Source: Candidatus Thermochlorobacter sp.
GTDB taxonomy: Bacteria; Bacteroidota; Chlorobiia; Chlorobiales; Thermochlorobacteraceae
Length of the DNA stretch: 64,000 nucleotides
NCBI GenBank assembly: GCA_046291735.1
Contig: JBKBSK010000001.1
Span: 321,250-385,249, forward strand
Direction: 5' to 3'
Shown here one piece after another: positions 45,947-55,520 of the stretch (position 1 is its first letter; the number at the start of each line of letters is the position of its first letter). Position numbers and translations under genes: made by a program. The notes beneath the pieces were generated by a model. The model made no database searches and was not told the origin of the DNA. It saw only the letters and a program-made list of their open reading frames with translations.

Positions 45947-47038
45947 AAATACCTCATCGAGATGTTTAACAATACGCTCTGCCGTGCGTCCGTCCCACTT
46001 TTCGGGAATTTTACTACGCTTGGTGTATCCGTTGAGCACTTTCATCACAGCCCGACGCACTTCATCTTCATCGGTGCCAACGAGCAAATTTGTGCCAACT
46101 TCAATTGTAATTGGGCGCTCGGTATTTTCACGCATCGTTAGGCAAGGCACGCCGAGCACAGTGGTCTCTTCCTGCACTCCACCGGAATCTGTCAGCACAA
46201 GCGACGCTTCTTTCATGAGTTTCAAAAACTCAATGTAGCCTTGTGGCTCAATGAGTTTGAGCGCCGAGATAGCTTGTGCTTTTTCCATCAGTCCGAAAGA
46301 CTCCAGCATCTTGCGCGTACGCGGGTGAATCGGGAATACGATTTTTGACTTCGTTGCAATCGCTTCAAAGATTCGCAAGATTTTCTCGAGGCTCTCTTTT
46401 TCATCGACATTGCTTGGGCGATGCAGGGTAACCAGCGTATAACTTTTGGGTGAAAGTCCTAATTCTTCAAGAATTTTGGAGTTGTTTGCTTTCTCGATGT
46501 GCCAGACGAGGCTATCGATCATGATATTGCCCACATAGAAAATTTTTTCCTCGGGCACTCCTTCATTGATTAGGTTATGTAGCCCAGAAGGCTCGCTGAC
46601 AAAGAGCAAATCCGAAATGCTATCGGTAACAATGCGGTTAATTTCTTCGGGCATGGTTCGATCGCCGCTACGCAGTCCTGCTTCGACATGCGCAACTGGC
46701 ACCAGCATCTTTGCTGCCACGATGGAGCAGGCTAAGGTAGAATTGACATCGCCGACCACAATCACCATATCGGGGACTTCTTTTTGCAGCACTTTTTCGC
46801 ACTCGACCATTATCTTTGCAGTCTGTTCGGCGTGCGAGCCTGAGCCTACGCCCAAGTAAATATCAGGCTGCGGCAATCCAAGGTCTTCGAAGAAGACTTT
46901 GGACATTTTTTCATCGTAGTGCTGTCCTGTGTGGAGAATGATAGAGTGATAGTTTCGAGATTTTTGCAGTTCGCGATGCAAGGGCGCAATTTTCATAAAG
47001 TTCGGTCGCGCGCCTGCAACTAAAATCAGTTTTCGCAA
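45935..47038 (-). CDS. wecB: UDP-N-acetylglucosamine 2-epimerase (non-hydrolysing)
   Basis: ILVAGARPNFMKIAPL, HVEAGLRSGDRTMPEEINR, LTDSGGVQEE. It has a TTG start (complement of 47036-47038). Its 3' end overlaps the convergent methyltransferase by 12 nt. Confidence 0.93.
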   Translation of the reverse strand: MRKLILVAGARPNFMKIAPLHRELQKSRNYHSIILHTGQHYDEKMSKVFFEDLGLPQPDIYLGVGSGSHAEQTAKIMVECEKVLQKEVPDMVIVVGDVNSTLACSIVAAKMLVPVAHVEAGLRSGDRTMPEEINRIVTDSISDLLFVSEPSGLHNLINEGVPEEKIFYVGNIMIDSLVWHIEKANNSKILEELGLSPKSYTLVTLHRPSNVDEKESLEKILRIFEAIATKSKIVFPIHPRTRKMLESFGLMEKAQAISALKLIEPQGYIEFLKLMKEASLVLTDSGGVQEETTVLGVPCLTMRENTERPITIEVGTNLLVGTDEDEVRRAVMKVLNGYTKRSKIPEKWDGRTAERIVKHLDEVFSTW

Positions 47039-47061
47039 GTCTGAACTCTGTTTAGGTTAAA

Positions 47062-48432
47062 GTGTTAAAGAAATTGGCGTGCAAAAATAATACTTCGTGG
47101 TGGATTCATGTAGGCATGTTGCTCAGTGTCGTGATTGGCTTGAGCTTGCACGCGAGCGCACAAACAAAACCGCAGCAAAGTGCAAAGCCAACAGTTGCAC
47201 AGGATACGGTCAAACTCGTTACCGTTATTTTGGAGCGGGCAGATGAAGTTTCAGGCGGAGAATTTTTAGATAGCACCTTCTCACCACCGCTGCGCGAAGA
47301 GTTTCGCTCTGCAATCGGCAATGTTCTCTTCCGTGAGAGCACCACTACCGTCGAGTGCGACACAGCTATGCAGTATCTGACCACGCGCAAAATTCGTGTG
47401 GTCAGCAATGTCAAAATTGTGCGCGATACGGTTACAATTACTGGCTACGAAGGCTTCTATTTCCCTGATGCGCGGCGCTCTGAACTCAAAAAAGATGTCA
47501 CACTCTCCGATACCAAAGTCCTGCTCAAAAGTGATTCAGGGATTTATTTCAGCAATGAACGACGCGCCGTTTTTAGTGGCAATGTCTCACTTAAAGATAG
47601 TCTGCAGATGGTCTTCTGCGATAGTCTGGTCTATTTTCGCGATGATGCACGCTCGCAGGCTTTTCGCAATGTGCGTCTTATGAATTTAGCCGATAATACG
47701 ACCATCACAGGCGGATACGCTGAACACTTCAACACACGCGGCTATAGCTTCATCATTGAGCAACCGCTGCTCATGAAAATCGACAGCACACAGAGTGGCA
47801 AAATTGATACGCTCTTCATTCGTGCAGCACGCATGGATTCCTATCGCGGCGAAAAAGACAGTGTGCAGCGCGTTGAGATACAAGACAGCGTGCGTATTCG
47901 CTGGGGCAGAGATCTCTACGCCAGAGCTAAAACTGCAATTTACCGACTTAAAGACCAAAAAATTTTACTGTTCGGCAATCCAATTGTCTGGTTTGAACGC
48001 TCCCAACTTACGGGAGATTCTATCGTGGTGCAGCTCAAAGAGCGTGGTAAAAATTTGCGCATTGAGAAAGTCTTTGTCTATCGCAATGCATTTCTTGCCT
48101 CAAAAGATTCATTGGATAAAACAGGCTTGAAGTTCAGTCAGGTCTCTGGCGTCAATATGATGATTATGTTTGATGACAGCTCGCGCATTCAACAAGCGGA
48201 TGTCTATAAGCAAGCACGGAGTTTGTATTACACTTACGATGGGCTAAAACCACGCGGGGCGAACGCTTCGAGTGGCGATGAGATTAGCATTTACTTTCAA
48301 AACAACCGCGTGCGCCGCATTCTCATTCGTGGCGATGTCGAAGGTGAGCAATACCCCGAACGGTTACTCTTTCGTAAGGATTTGAACTTGCCCGGCTTCC
48401 AGTGGCGAGAAACTGAAAAACCTGTGCAATGA
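47062..48432 (+). CDS. OstA/LptA-like beta-jellyroll repeat protein (secreted)
   Basis: A signal-like N-terminus (VGMLLSVVIGLSLHASAQ). Repeated 'partial overlap' strands typical of OstA/LptA-like domains are present (VSNVKIVRDTVTITGYEGFYF, AVFSGNVSLKDSLQMVFCDSLVYF, AFRNVRLMN..NTTITGGYAEHF). Assignment is by pattern only. The start is either GTG 47062 or ATG 47116. Confidence 0.5.
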   Translation: MLKKLACKNNTSWWIHVGMLLSVVIGLSLHASAQTKPQQSAKPTVAQDTVKLVTVILERADEVSGGEFLDSTFSPPLREEFRSAIGNVLFRESTTTVECDTAMQYLTTRKIRVVSNVKIVRDTVTITGYEGFYFPDARRSELKKDVTLSDTKVLLKSDSGIYFSNERRAVFSGNVSLKDSLQMVFCDSLVYFRDDARSQAFRNVRLMNLADNTTITGGYAEHFNTRGYSFIIEQPLLMKIDSTQSGKIDTLFIRAARMDSYRGEKDSVQRVEIQDSVRIRWGRDLYARAKTAIYRLKDQKILLFGNPIVWFERSQLTGDSIVVQLKERGKNLRIEKVFVYRNAFLASKDSLDKTGLKFSQVSGVNMMIMFDDSSRIQQADVYKQARSLYYTYDGLKPRGANASSGDEISIYFQNNRVRRILIRGDVEGEQYPERLLFRKDLNLPGFQWRETEKPVQ

Positions 48433-49751
48433 CCCCTTCTGCAGAGCCACATGACGCGCCGCCGACCTCTCTGTATGCAAAGACGCTTACACTGCTAAAG
48501 CGGCTTTATGAATCACAGTTTATTCGGCATGCTTCGCTAAGCCTGCTTCTTAACAGTCTCTCCAAAGTCTTAGCCTTCTTTGCTTCCGCCTTTGCCGCAA
48601 AGTGTATGGGCGCACTGAACTATGGCATCTCAGGTGTCGCTCATACCGCCGCCTTGCAAATTAGCGTGCTCTACCAACTAGGTCTGGATACTGTAGCAAC
48701 GCGTCGCATCGCTGCAAACAAATATGCCGATAGCACACGCGCACTTGTTGAGACTATCATTACGCTCCGAGTATGCCTTGCAAGCGCTATGATGTTGATT
48801 TGGGATGTCGCCGTATGGTTCATGGTAGATGAACCGCGCCGAACAGCATGGTGGCTTGCAAGTCTCATTCTTTGGCTCAATGCCTCATTTCTTCACTTTG
48901 TCTTTATGGGCATTGAAAAGATGCCGGTTCTGAACGGCATTCAAGCCCTTGCGACCACCCTTTCTGCCATTGGCATTTTTCTCATCTTCAAGCCGGGAGC
49001 ACCTGCAGGGTTGGATTTGGCTTTCACTTCTGCATCAACTGCAGTTGTTGTCGCACTGAGTTGGCTGGCATACTGGCGTGAGTTTGGTCGCGCTCCGATT
49101 TCACTGGCACTGTTTCGTACGCCGCGTGCACTGCTGCCAGAGCTTCTCAGTGAATCATGGAAGTATTTTCTGATGGCGTTGGTCACTGGACTCTTTACCT
49201 TCTTTCAAGTTCCAATCGTGGAAATGCTCTCCAACACCCGCGAAGCTGGTATCTATCGCACCGCATTTAGCTTGATTTTGGGTCTTGATTTTTTTCTACA
49301 AAGTTTCTACCTCCTGCTCTTGCCGCGTGTTGTGGTGTGGAAAGAACAGGGACTAGAAGTTTTGCTGCAGCAACAGCGGCGCGCGCTCTGGCTATTTGGA
49401 GCGGTCAGTACCCCAATTGCGCTTTTGGCATGGTTTGCTTCACCAGTGTTCTACGATGTGTTTTTAGGACCTGAGTTTGCAGTTGGCGCCGAGGCATTTC
49501 GCATCTTAGCGATAGCCAGACTTACAGGTTTTATCGCCCAAGTGTATGTGCAAACGCTTGTCGCCATGAAACGCGATATTGATTTTTTGATTATCTCCAT
49601 TATCGGCTCTGCCACAAGCATTGGACTAAGCATTGTTTTCATTCCAAATCTCGGGGCGCTTGGCGCAGCATGGAGCGCTGCAACTGGCGAGGTCTTGATT
49701 AACATTGCTTCGGTCATCTGGGTAAACATGTTTCAACGCAATGTCAGATGA
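48429..49751 (+). CDS. Oligosaccharide flippase (Wzx-like, MOP superfamily)
   Basis: ATGA overlap with the upstream gene. 440 aa with about 12 TM helices. Paralog of 50727-52022 (LSKVLAFFASAFAAKCMGALNYGISG versus FSRAVSFVASAFAAQCVGASNFGVSG). Confidence 0.75.
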   Translation: MTPSAEPHDAPPTSLYAKTLTLLKRLYESQFIRHASLSLLLNSLSKVLAFFASAFAAKCMGALNYGISGVAHTAALQISVLYQLGLDTVATRRIAANKYADSTRALVETIITLRVCLASAMMLIWDVAVWFMVDEPRRTAWWLASLILWLNASFLHFVFMGIEKMPVLNGIQALATTLSAIGIFLIFKPGAPAGLDLAFTSASTAVVVALSWLAYWREFGRAPISLALFRTPRALLPELLSESWKYFLMALVTGLFTFFQVPIVEMLSNTREAGIYRTAFSLILGLDFFLQSFYLLLLPRVVVWKEQGLEVLLQQQRRALWLFGAVSTPIALLAWFASPVFYDVFLGPEFAVGAEAFRILAIARLTGFIAQVYVQTLVAMKRDIDFLIISIIGSATSIGLSIVFIPNLGALGAAWSAATGEVLINIASVIWVNMFQRNVR

Positions 49752-50692
49752 GTACTACAACTGTGCCGCGCTGCCCGCTTACTTATAGCACAAAGGTAGA
49801 ATTGCTACAACGGATTCCATCGTTAGACGTCATAAAACTGTACCGACGCATTGGGCTTGATGTCTCATCGGAGTTTGAGGGCATTACGGAGCTTGGGTTT
49901 TACTATGCTCCGCACTCCTGCGTGAAGCTTTTTTATCCTGCAGTCTGTGGCTCGGCTTTATTTTATCAGCAATTGCAGTTGAAAGGAAATTATTATGAGG
50001 AACACAAATTTGAATTTGCACTTGCTGCCGATTTTATCAAGCCTTTTGCACGTGTCTTAGAAGTTGGCTGCGGTGATGGTGCATTTGCAAAATTTTTGTC
50101 TTCCAAGCAGCCTGATTATCTGGGCATAGAAGCAAACCCCGCGGCGGCTGTGGCAGCGCAGGCTGCAGGAATAAACGTGGAAAACATCATGCTCGAGCAA
50201 CTGGTTGAACGTCAATACTCCGCATTTGATGTGGTCTGTGCCTTTCAAGTGCTCGAGCATGTTGCAGACGCAAAAGCCTTCCTTGAAAAAATGTTAGCGC
50301 TGCTCTCCCCCAATGGATACTTGATTCTTTCGGTTCCAAACGATGATGGATTTATTGGGAAGACTCTTAATCACATTTACAATGTTCCACCGCATCATGT
50401 TACGCGCTGGAATGAAGCAGCGCTGAGACACATTGGCTATCAATTTAAGTTGAAAGTGTGTGCTGTGGCGTTTGAGCCCTTGCCGTTTGCTCACTGGAAG
50501 TGGTATAGAGAAGTGATGTTTTTTGACCGCTTGAGAGCCCGTTTTGCCCCAAGCTATCGCTGCGCTGTAGACCTGCGTGTTTCGACGCGTCTCATCATCA
50601 AATTTTCCAATTTTCTTTCTGCCATGAATCAAAAGGGATTAGCAGCTGAGCCATTGCTTGGTCACACACTTGTCATTGTGTTTCAAAAATAA
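49748..50692 (+). CDS. Class I SAM-dependent methyltransferase
   Basis: ATGA overlap. VLEVGCGDGAFAKFL, FDVVCAFQVLEHVADAKAFLEKMLALLSPNGYLILSVPN. Confidence 0.85.
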   Translation: MSTTTVPRCPLTYSTKVELLQRIPSLDVIKLYRRIGLDVSSEFEGITELGFYYAPHSCVKLFYPAVCGSALFYQQLQLKGNYYEEHKFEFALAADFIKPFARVLEVGCGDGAFAKFLSSKQPDYLGIEANPAAAVAAQAAGINVENIMLEQLVERQYSAFDVVCAFQVLEHVADAKAFLEKMLALLSPNGYLILSVPNDDGFIGKTLNHIYNVPPHHVTRWNEAALRHIGYQFKLKVCAVAFEPLPFAHWKWYREVMFFDRLRARFAPSYRCAVDLRVSTRLIIKFSNFLSAMNQKGLAAEPLLGHTLVIVFQK

Positions 50693-50726
50693 TCTCCTCT
50701 TAAGATAAAGCTCACTTTAAGAAAGC

Positions 50727-52022
50727 GTGATTGAGACGTGTAAAAAGTGTCTGGCATTACTCATGCAAAGGGCTACTCACCTAAGCTCATCGTCTTTGAT
50801 GCAAGAGGGCATCAGTATTTCGCTGTTGAATATCTTCTCGAGGGCAGTGAGTTTTGTGGCAAGTGCGTTTGCTGCACAGTGCGTCGGTGCCTCAAACTTC
50901 GGTGTCTCGGGCATCATCATAACTTGGGCAATGCAGGTCTCACTTTTATTTCACGGCGGGCTTGACCCTATTGTCTCGCGTGAGATTGCACGACATCCTG
51001 CTCAGTCGCGCAATTTACTGGCTGCTGTGGCAAGATTTCGGCTGTCTATTGCCCTACTTCTTGCCTTACTTTGGGTTATTATCACACGCTTGCTGGTCTC
51101 GTCAGAACAGTGGGCAGTGTGGCAACTTGGTGCAGTTTTGTTGTTATGCAACGCACTCAATCTTGTCTATCTTTTTCAAGGCTTGGGGAAACTGCGCACA
51201 CTAAATGTTATTACAGCAATCGGCTCTCTTTTGACTGCGCTCATCTATTCAACTTTTTCGCCCCAAATGCCGCTCGGCTCTGATTTACTCGTTTTCGTCG
51301 GCTTGAATGTGCTATCAACGGCTGCAACATGGATCGTCGCCTCAACGATTATAGCTCCCTTACATTCACCAAAACTGCATACACATCGTATCTTTCAACT
51401 GCTTGGAACATCTTGGAAATACTGGCTGGTTGCAGTCGCTCAGTTTTTCTACACAAGCGCTCAAGTCTTAATTCTCTCTACAGCGGTTTCTGAGCAGCAG
51501 ATTGGCGCTTATCGTAGTGCACTTATCATGGCAGGAGCATTAGACATGGTTTTTAGCAGTTTCTACAATTTGCTCTTACCGCGTTTTGTCGAGTGGCAAG
51601 TAGCAGGCGAAGCAGTATTCAGCAGAGAGCGCCGCAACATGCTATGGCTCTTTGTTGCAATTGGCATTGTGCCAACAGGCGCGTTGATACTCTCGAGTTC
51701 CATTATCTATGATGTGTTCTTTGGGGCAGAATTTGCTAGTGGGTCTTTTCCGCTGATGTTTCTTGCATGCGCAAAGTTTATCAACTTTATTGGTCAAATT
51801 TATGCCTACACACTAATTGTGAATAAACAAGACACAGCTGTGATGACAGGTTGCTTGATAGGATCGCTGGCAAGCATTATGCTATCACTTTTACTGGTTA
51901 GAGCATACGGCACGCTTGCTGCAGCAGCATCCACTCTTTTAGGTGAAGCCATCATCACGGCTCTGTATTTTTGGTTTTCATTGCCAAAGAACACTCATCG
52001 TTGGTCTCGTGTGGCAAGATGA
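50727..52022 (+). CDS. Oligosaccharide flippase (Wzx-like), second tandem paralog
   Basis: About 12 TM helices and colinear with 48429-49751. The start is either GTG 50727 or ATG 50763. Confidence 0.75.
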   Translation: MIETCKKCLALLMQRATHLSSSSLMQEGISISLLNIFSRAVSFVASAFAAQCVGASNFGVSGIIITWAMQVSLLFHGGLDPIVSREIARHPAQSRNLLAAVARFRLSIALLLALLWVIITRLLVSSEQWAVWQLGAVLLLCNALNLVYLFQGLGKLRTLNVITAIGSLLTALIYSTFSPQMPLGSDLLVFVGLNVLSTAATWIVASTIIAPLHSPKLHTHRIFQLLGTSWKYWLVAVAQFFYTSAQVLILSTAVSEQQIGAYRSALIMAGALDMVFSSFYNLLLPRFVEWQVAGEAVFSRERRNMLWLFVAIGIVPTGALILSSSIIYDVFFGAEFASGSFPLMFLACAKFINFIGQIYAYTLIVNKQDTAVMTGCLIGSLASIMLSLLLVRAYGTLAAAASTLLGEAIITALYFWFSLPKNTHRWSRVAR

Positions 52023-53119
52023 GGATTACCTTTTTGTGCCCAATGCCGCTCTATAATCCTGTAGGTGGTTTGAAAGTTGTGATAGAATACGCAAATCGGC
52101 TTGCGCAAAGAGGGCATTGTGTAACACTTGTTGCGGCAACCGGCAATGTGCCTTACGACAAGCAAGCTACAAGTCAGCATAAGATAAAGCGCACCATACT
52201 TTTTCTTTTGAGAAGTCTGGGCTATAGAGGTGGTTACAAGCCTAATCGGTGGATGCGGCTTGCACAAAGCGTAGAACTGCTTTGGCGACCGAGCTTGGAT
52301 GTGCGTTGGATTCCAGATGCAGATGTGGTGATTGCCACAGCTTGGGAGAGTGCCGAATGGGCAGCGGCTTACCCTGACTCCAAAGGTCGAAAATTTTATT
52401 TGATTCAAAACGATGAATCCGCCTTTACCAGCGACCCCGTCTTATCACAGCGCGCACAAGCCACATGGAAATTGCCCTTAAAAAAATTAGTTACGGGAAA
52501 GTGGCTAAAGACGCTCTTGGCTTCCAGAGGTGAAAGCGCTTGTTGGGTATCGCAAGGTGTGGATTATCAAGACAGCTACTTTTCACTCATGCGTCCTATT
52601 GACACACGCTCGCCCACAACGGTTATCATGATGTATCACATTCTGCCTTGGAAAGGCTCAGCAGATGGCATTGCTGCACTGAACATTGTTAGGCAAACTG
52701 TTGATAGACTTACAGTGCGCCTCTTTGGCATACCTGCTGCGCCGCCTCATTTGCCCGATTGGATAGAGTATATTCAAAACCCGCCACAGCGTCAGTTATG
52801 CGAGCTCTACAACGCATCAGCGATTTTTGTTAGTCCAAGTTGGATAGAAGGTATGGCTTTACCACCTGCGGAAGCTATGCAATGCGGCGCAGCTGCCTGC
52901 CTCACACAGATTGGTGGACATGCTGATTACAGCATCCATCAGCACACGGCTTTACTTTCTCCACCTCGACAGCCTGAGGCACTGGCAGCAAATATCTTGC
53001 AGCTCATTGAAAATCCGCAACTGCGTATTCAACTTGCGATGAATGGACATCAGTATATCCAGCAATTTACTTGGGAGAGCGCTGTAGACAGATTTGAGCA
53101 ATGCATTACAACCGACTAA
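52019..53119 (+). CDS. Glycosyltransferase family 4 (GT-B)
   Basis: ATG 52019 overlaps the upstream TGA (ATGA). MRITFLCPMPLYNPVGGLKVVIEYANRLAQRGH at the N-terminus; C-terminal VSPSWIEGMALPPAEAMQCGAA. Confidence 0.85.
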   Translation: MRITFLCPMPLYNPVGGLKVVIEYANRLAQRGHCVTLVAATGNVPYDKQATSQHKIKRTILFLLRSLGYRGGYKPNRWMRLAQSVELLWRPSLDVRWIPDADVVIATAWESAEWAAAYPDSKGRKFYLIQNDESAFTSDPVLSQRAQATWKLPLKKLVTGKWLKTLLASRGESACWVSQGVDYQDSYFSLMRPIDTRSPTTVIMMYHILPWKGSADGIAALNIVRQTVDRLTVRLFGIPAAPPHLPDWIEYIQNPPQRQLCELYNASAIFVSPSWIEGMALPPAEAMQCGAAACLTQIGGHADYSIHQHTALLSPPRQPEALAANILQLIENPQLRIQLAMNGHQYIQQFTWESAVDRFEQCITTD

Positions 53120-54153
53120 ATCACGATAGCCTTCCAAAAGTCTATATCCTGCTGCTGAACTGGAACGGCTGGCAAGATACACTTGAGTGCTTGGAGAGTA
53201 TTTTCCGACTGCACTATCCACACTATCGTGTCATTGTGTGTGATAATGGCTCAACTGATGATTCGCTTTGGCACATTCAGCAATGGGCAAAAGGGCAGCT
53301 TTCGGTGTGGAGACCGACGCACAACGCACTGCGTTCATATTCTTACCCACCAATTGACAAACCAATCACTTACTGTGAGTACACTCGCGCCGAAGTTGAG
53401 TCTGCCCTCAGCGCAGATGAAGATGATGCAAAACTCATCTTCATTCAAACTGGTGAGAACCGTGGCTTTGCTGCTGGCAATAACATTGGCTTACGCTATG
53501 CACTTGCCAAAGGCGACTTTGACTACATTTGGCTTCTCAACAGCGATACCGTTGTTGCGCCCGACGCCCTGCTGCACTTAGTTGAACATGCTTTGCAAGA
53601 CACAACTATCGGACTTTGCGGCTCAACCCTGCTTTACTACCACAACCCAACACTCATTCAAACGCTTGGTGGCGGACACTACAACAAGTGGTTCGCTCTA
53701 ACCTCGCACCTTGCTGAAAATCAGCCTATTGAGCAGTTTGCGTGTGAACATCGCCAGCAGTGCAGCGCCTCAATGGATTATGTGATGGGCGCATCTATGC
53801 TGGTCTCAAAGGCTTTCTTAGAAACAGTCGGATTGATGAGTGAAGAGTATTTTCTTTACTTTGAAGAATTGGACTGGGCTATGCGGGCTCATGGACGCTT
53901 TAAGTTAGGATATGCCGAAAAAAGTGTCGTCTATCACAAAAGCGGACAAAGCGTTGGCAATACACCGAGAAAGTGGAGTGCATTATCCGTATTTTATTCA
54001 ACATGTAGTCGAATTAAATTCGTGCGAAAGTTTTATCCACAGTTTCTGCCACTGCTTTATCTGCGCCTTACCCTATCTTTTTTTCATCAGTGTCTAAAAG
54101 GTCAGCGCGCACAGGCACAAGCAATTTGGGACGCAATGCGACAGCATCCATGA
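53101..54153 (+). CDS. Glycosyltransferase family 2 (GT-A)
   Basis: VYILLLNWNGWQDTLECLESI...VIVCDNGSTD...NRGFAAGNN...WLLNSDT is the rhamnosyltransferase-like GT2 pattern. It overlaps the upstream gene by 19 nt. Confidence 0.88.
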   Translation: MHYNRLNHDSLPKVYILLLNWNGWQDTLECLESIFRLHYPHYRVIVCDNGSTDDSLWHIQQWAKGQLSVWRPTHNALRSYSYPPIDKPITYCEYTRAEVESALSADEDDAKLIFIQTGENRGFAAGNNIGLRYALAKGDFDYIWLLNSDTVVAPDALLHLVEHALQDTTIGLCGSTLLYYHNPTLIQTLGGGHYNKWFALTSHLAENQPIEQFACEHRQQCSASMDYVMGASMLVSKAFLETVGLMSEEYFLYFEELDWAMRAHGRFKLGYAEKSVVYHKSGQSVGNTPRKWSALSVFYSTCSRIKFVRKFYPQFLPLLYLRLTLSFFHQCLKGQRAQAQAIWDAMRQHP

Positions 54154-55520
54154 ACACCTTTCGCTATGCCGTACTGCTGACAGTTGTTTTCACCATTCCT
54201 TTGCAGCAGTTGCTTTATGTCTCCATAGCTGGCATCAGTGTAAAAACTTATCAATTGCTCTTGCTCCTGCTTGGCGCACTCTCGCTCTTGCATGTGCGTG
54301 AAAATCAATCTATGTCAGATTGGCAAAAGCTCGGGTTAGCCTTTTTTCTCATTAGCGTATGTGCTGAAATTGCAGGCTACATTGAACTGCTCAACTTCGG
54401 TGATTTACCTGAATTGAAATACATCGGCTCGCTCGATACCTTGCGCTTTACAATCAATCTTTACCTGTTGCTCAATATGCTTTTTGCTTGGCAAGTGATT
54501 TGCTTCGTTACAGAAGTACAAAATGGGTTGAGAACAGTTTTAACAGTAGCTGCACTGGGGTCAGTGTTTCCAGCTCTCTATGCACTCTATCAACTCTTTA
54601 GCTTTTTATTCGGCTTTGAAATTCAAGCACTGGAGTTCAGCAGAATCATTGAACGCCCTGATGCGCCACGCGGAATTTTTTTTGAGAGCGGCATTGTACG
54701 CTTTGCCTCTACTTATTTTGAGCCCGGTCCCTACGGCGGCTATCTTAGCATCATTCTTCCACTAACCATGATGGCACTCATGCAGTGGCAAGCCGATAAG
54801 CACAATTCAACTGTGCCGAAATGGCTTAAATTGATTTTGCTGCTCAATGTCGTGGCGCTGCTGCTTTCATTTTCAACATCGGCTCTAGTAGGTATGACCC
54901 TTTTTGCTCTGATGGTGCCTCCGCTCATCTATTCGCTTAGTCGAGTTCTTAAGACCATCATCATCGCTCTGACAACTATCCTGCTTATAATTGCGCTAAC
55001 TGGGCAATGGGAGTTTGTGCTTAACGCAATAGATACCGCGTTCTTGCAAAAAATTTTTGCTGAAGAGAAAGCTATCTCTGCTGTGTCGCGCACTGCACGA
55101 CTCTATCAAGCTGAAGTCGGACTAAGAATTTTTCTTGATCATCCACTCATCGGCATTGGTCCATTTGTTCCTTACTTCTTTGAAATCTATGCACCAAGCG
55201 TAGATGCCACACCGCAAGCAATTTCCATCATCTATATCAATGTACTTGTACAGACAGGTCTTGTAGGCGCCAGTGTTTTTTTCTATGCTCTATCAAAACT
55301 CTTGAAAGCATTGCTCACTCACACTGTAAGCGCTCCAGATGAGATGCGCAAAGCGCACGGCATCATACTCTTGGGTTTATTTGTGGTCATTTTGACCTTA
55401 TTTTTTACGCTCGGTTCATTGGTTGCCGTTCACTTTTGGCTTGCCATAGGGGTGATGATAGGATGGCTCAACTTGCAAGCAAAAGTTCTCACGCCACCTC
55501 AAACTGTGAAAGCTGCCTAA
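54150..55520 (+). CDS. O-antigen ligase/polymerase family membrane protein (Wzy_C / WaaL-like)
   Basis: ATG 54150 overlaps the upstream TGA (ATGA). About 11-12 TM helices. The periplasmic-loop block R..LYQAEVGLRIFLDHPLIGIGPF resembles the Wzy_C signature (R...W......P.+G.G.G.F). Confidence 0.7.
   Translation: MNTFRYAVLLTVVFTIPLQQLLYVSIAGISVKTYQLLLLLLGALSLLHVRENQSMSDWQKLGLAFFLISVCAEIAGYIELLNFGDLPELKYIGSLDTLRFTINLYLLLNMLFAWQVICFVTEVQNGLRTVLTVAALGSVFPALYALYQLFSFLFGFEIQALEFSRIIERPDAPRGIFFESGIVRFASTYFEPGPYGGYLSIILPLTMMALMQWQADKHNSTVPKWLKLILLLNVVALLLSFSTSALVGMTLFALMVPPLIYSLSRVLKTIIIALTTILLIIALTGQWEFVLNAIDTAFLQKIFAEEKAISAVSRTARLYQAEVGLRIFLDHPLIGIGPFVPYFFEIYAPSVDATPQAISIIYINVLVQTGLVGASVFFYALSKLLKALLTHTVSAPDEMRKAHGIILLGLFVVILTLFFTLGSLVAVHFWLAIGVMIGWLNLQAKVLTPPQTVKAA

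Noticed and set aside
55436-55519. Upstream extensions of track ORFs that overlap the preceding gene (also 51971-52018, 54090-54149, 32006-32032, 62126-62200, 5112-5189, 23354-23467)
   Set aside because: In each case an ATG forming an ATGA/TAATG junction, or one immediately preceding a signal peptide or conserved N-terminus, gives the expected protein start. The extensions are read-through of the neighbour's 3' end.
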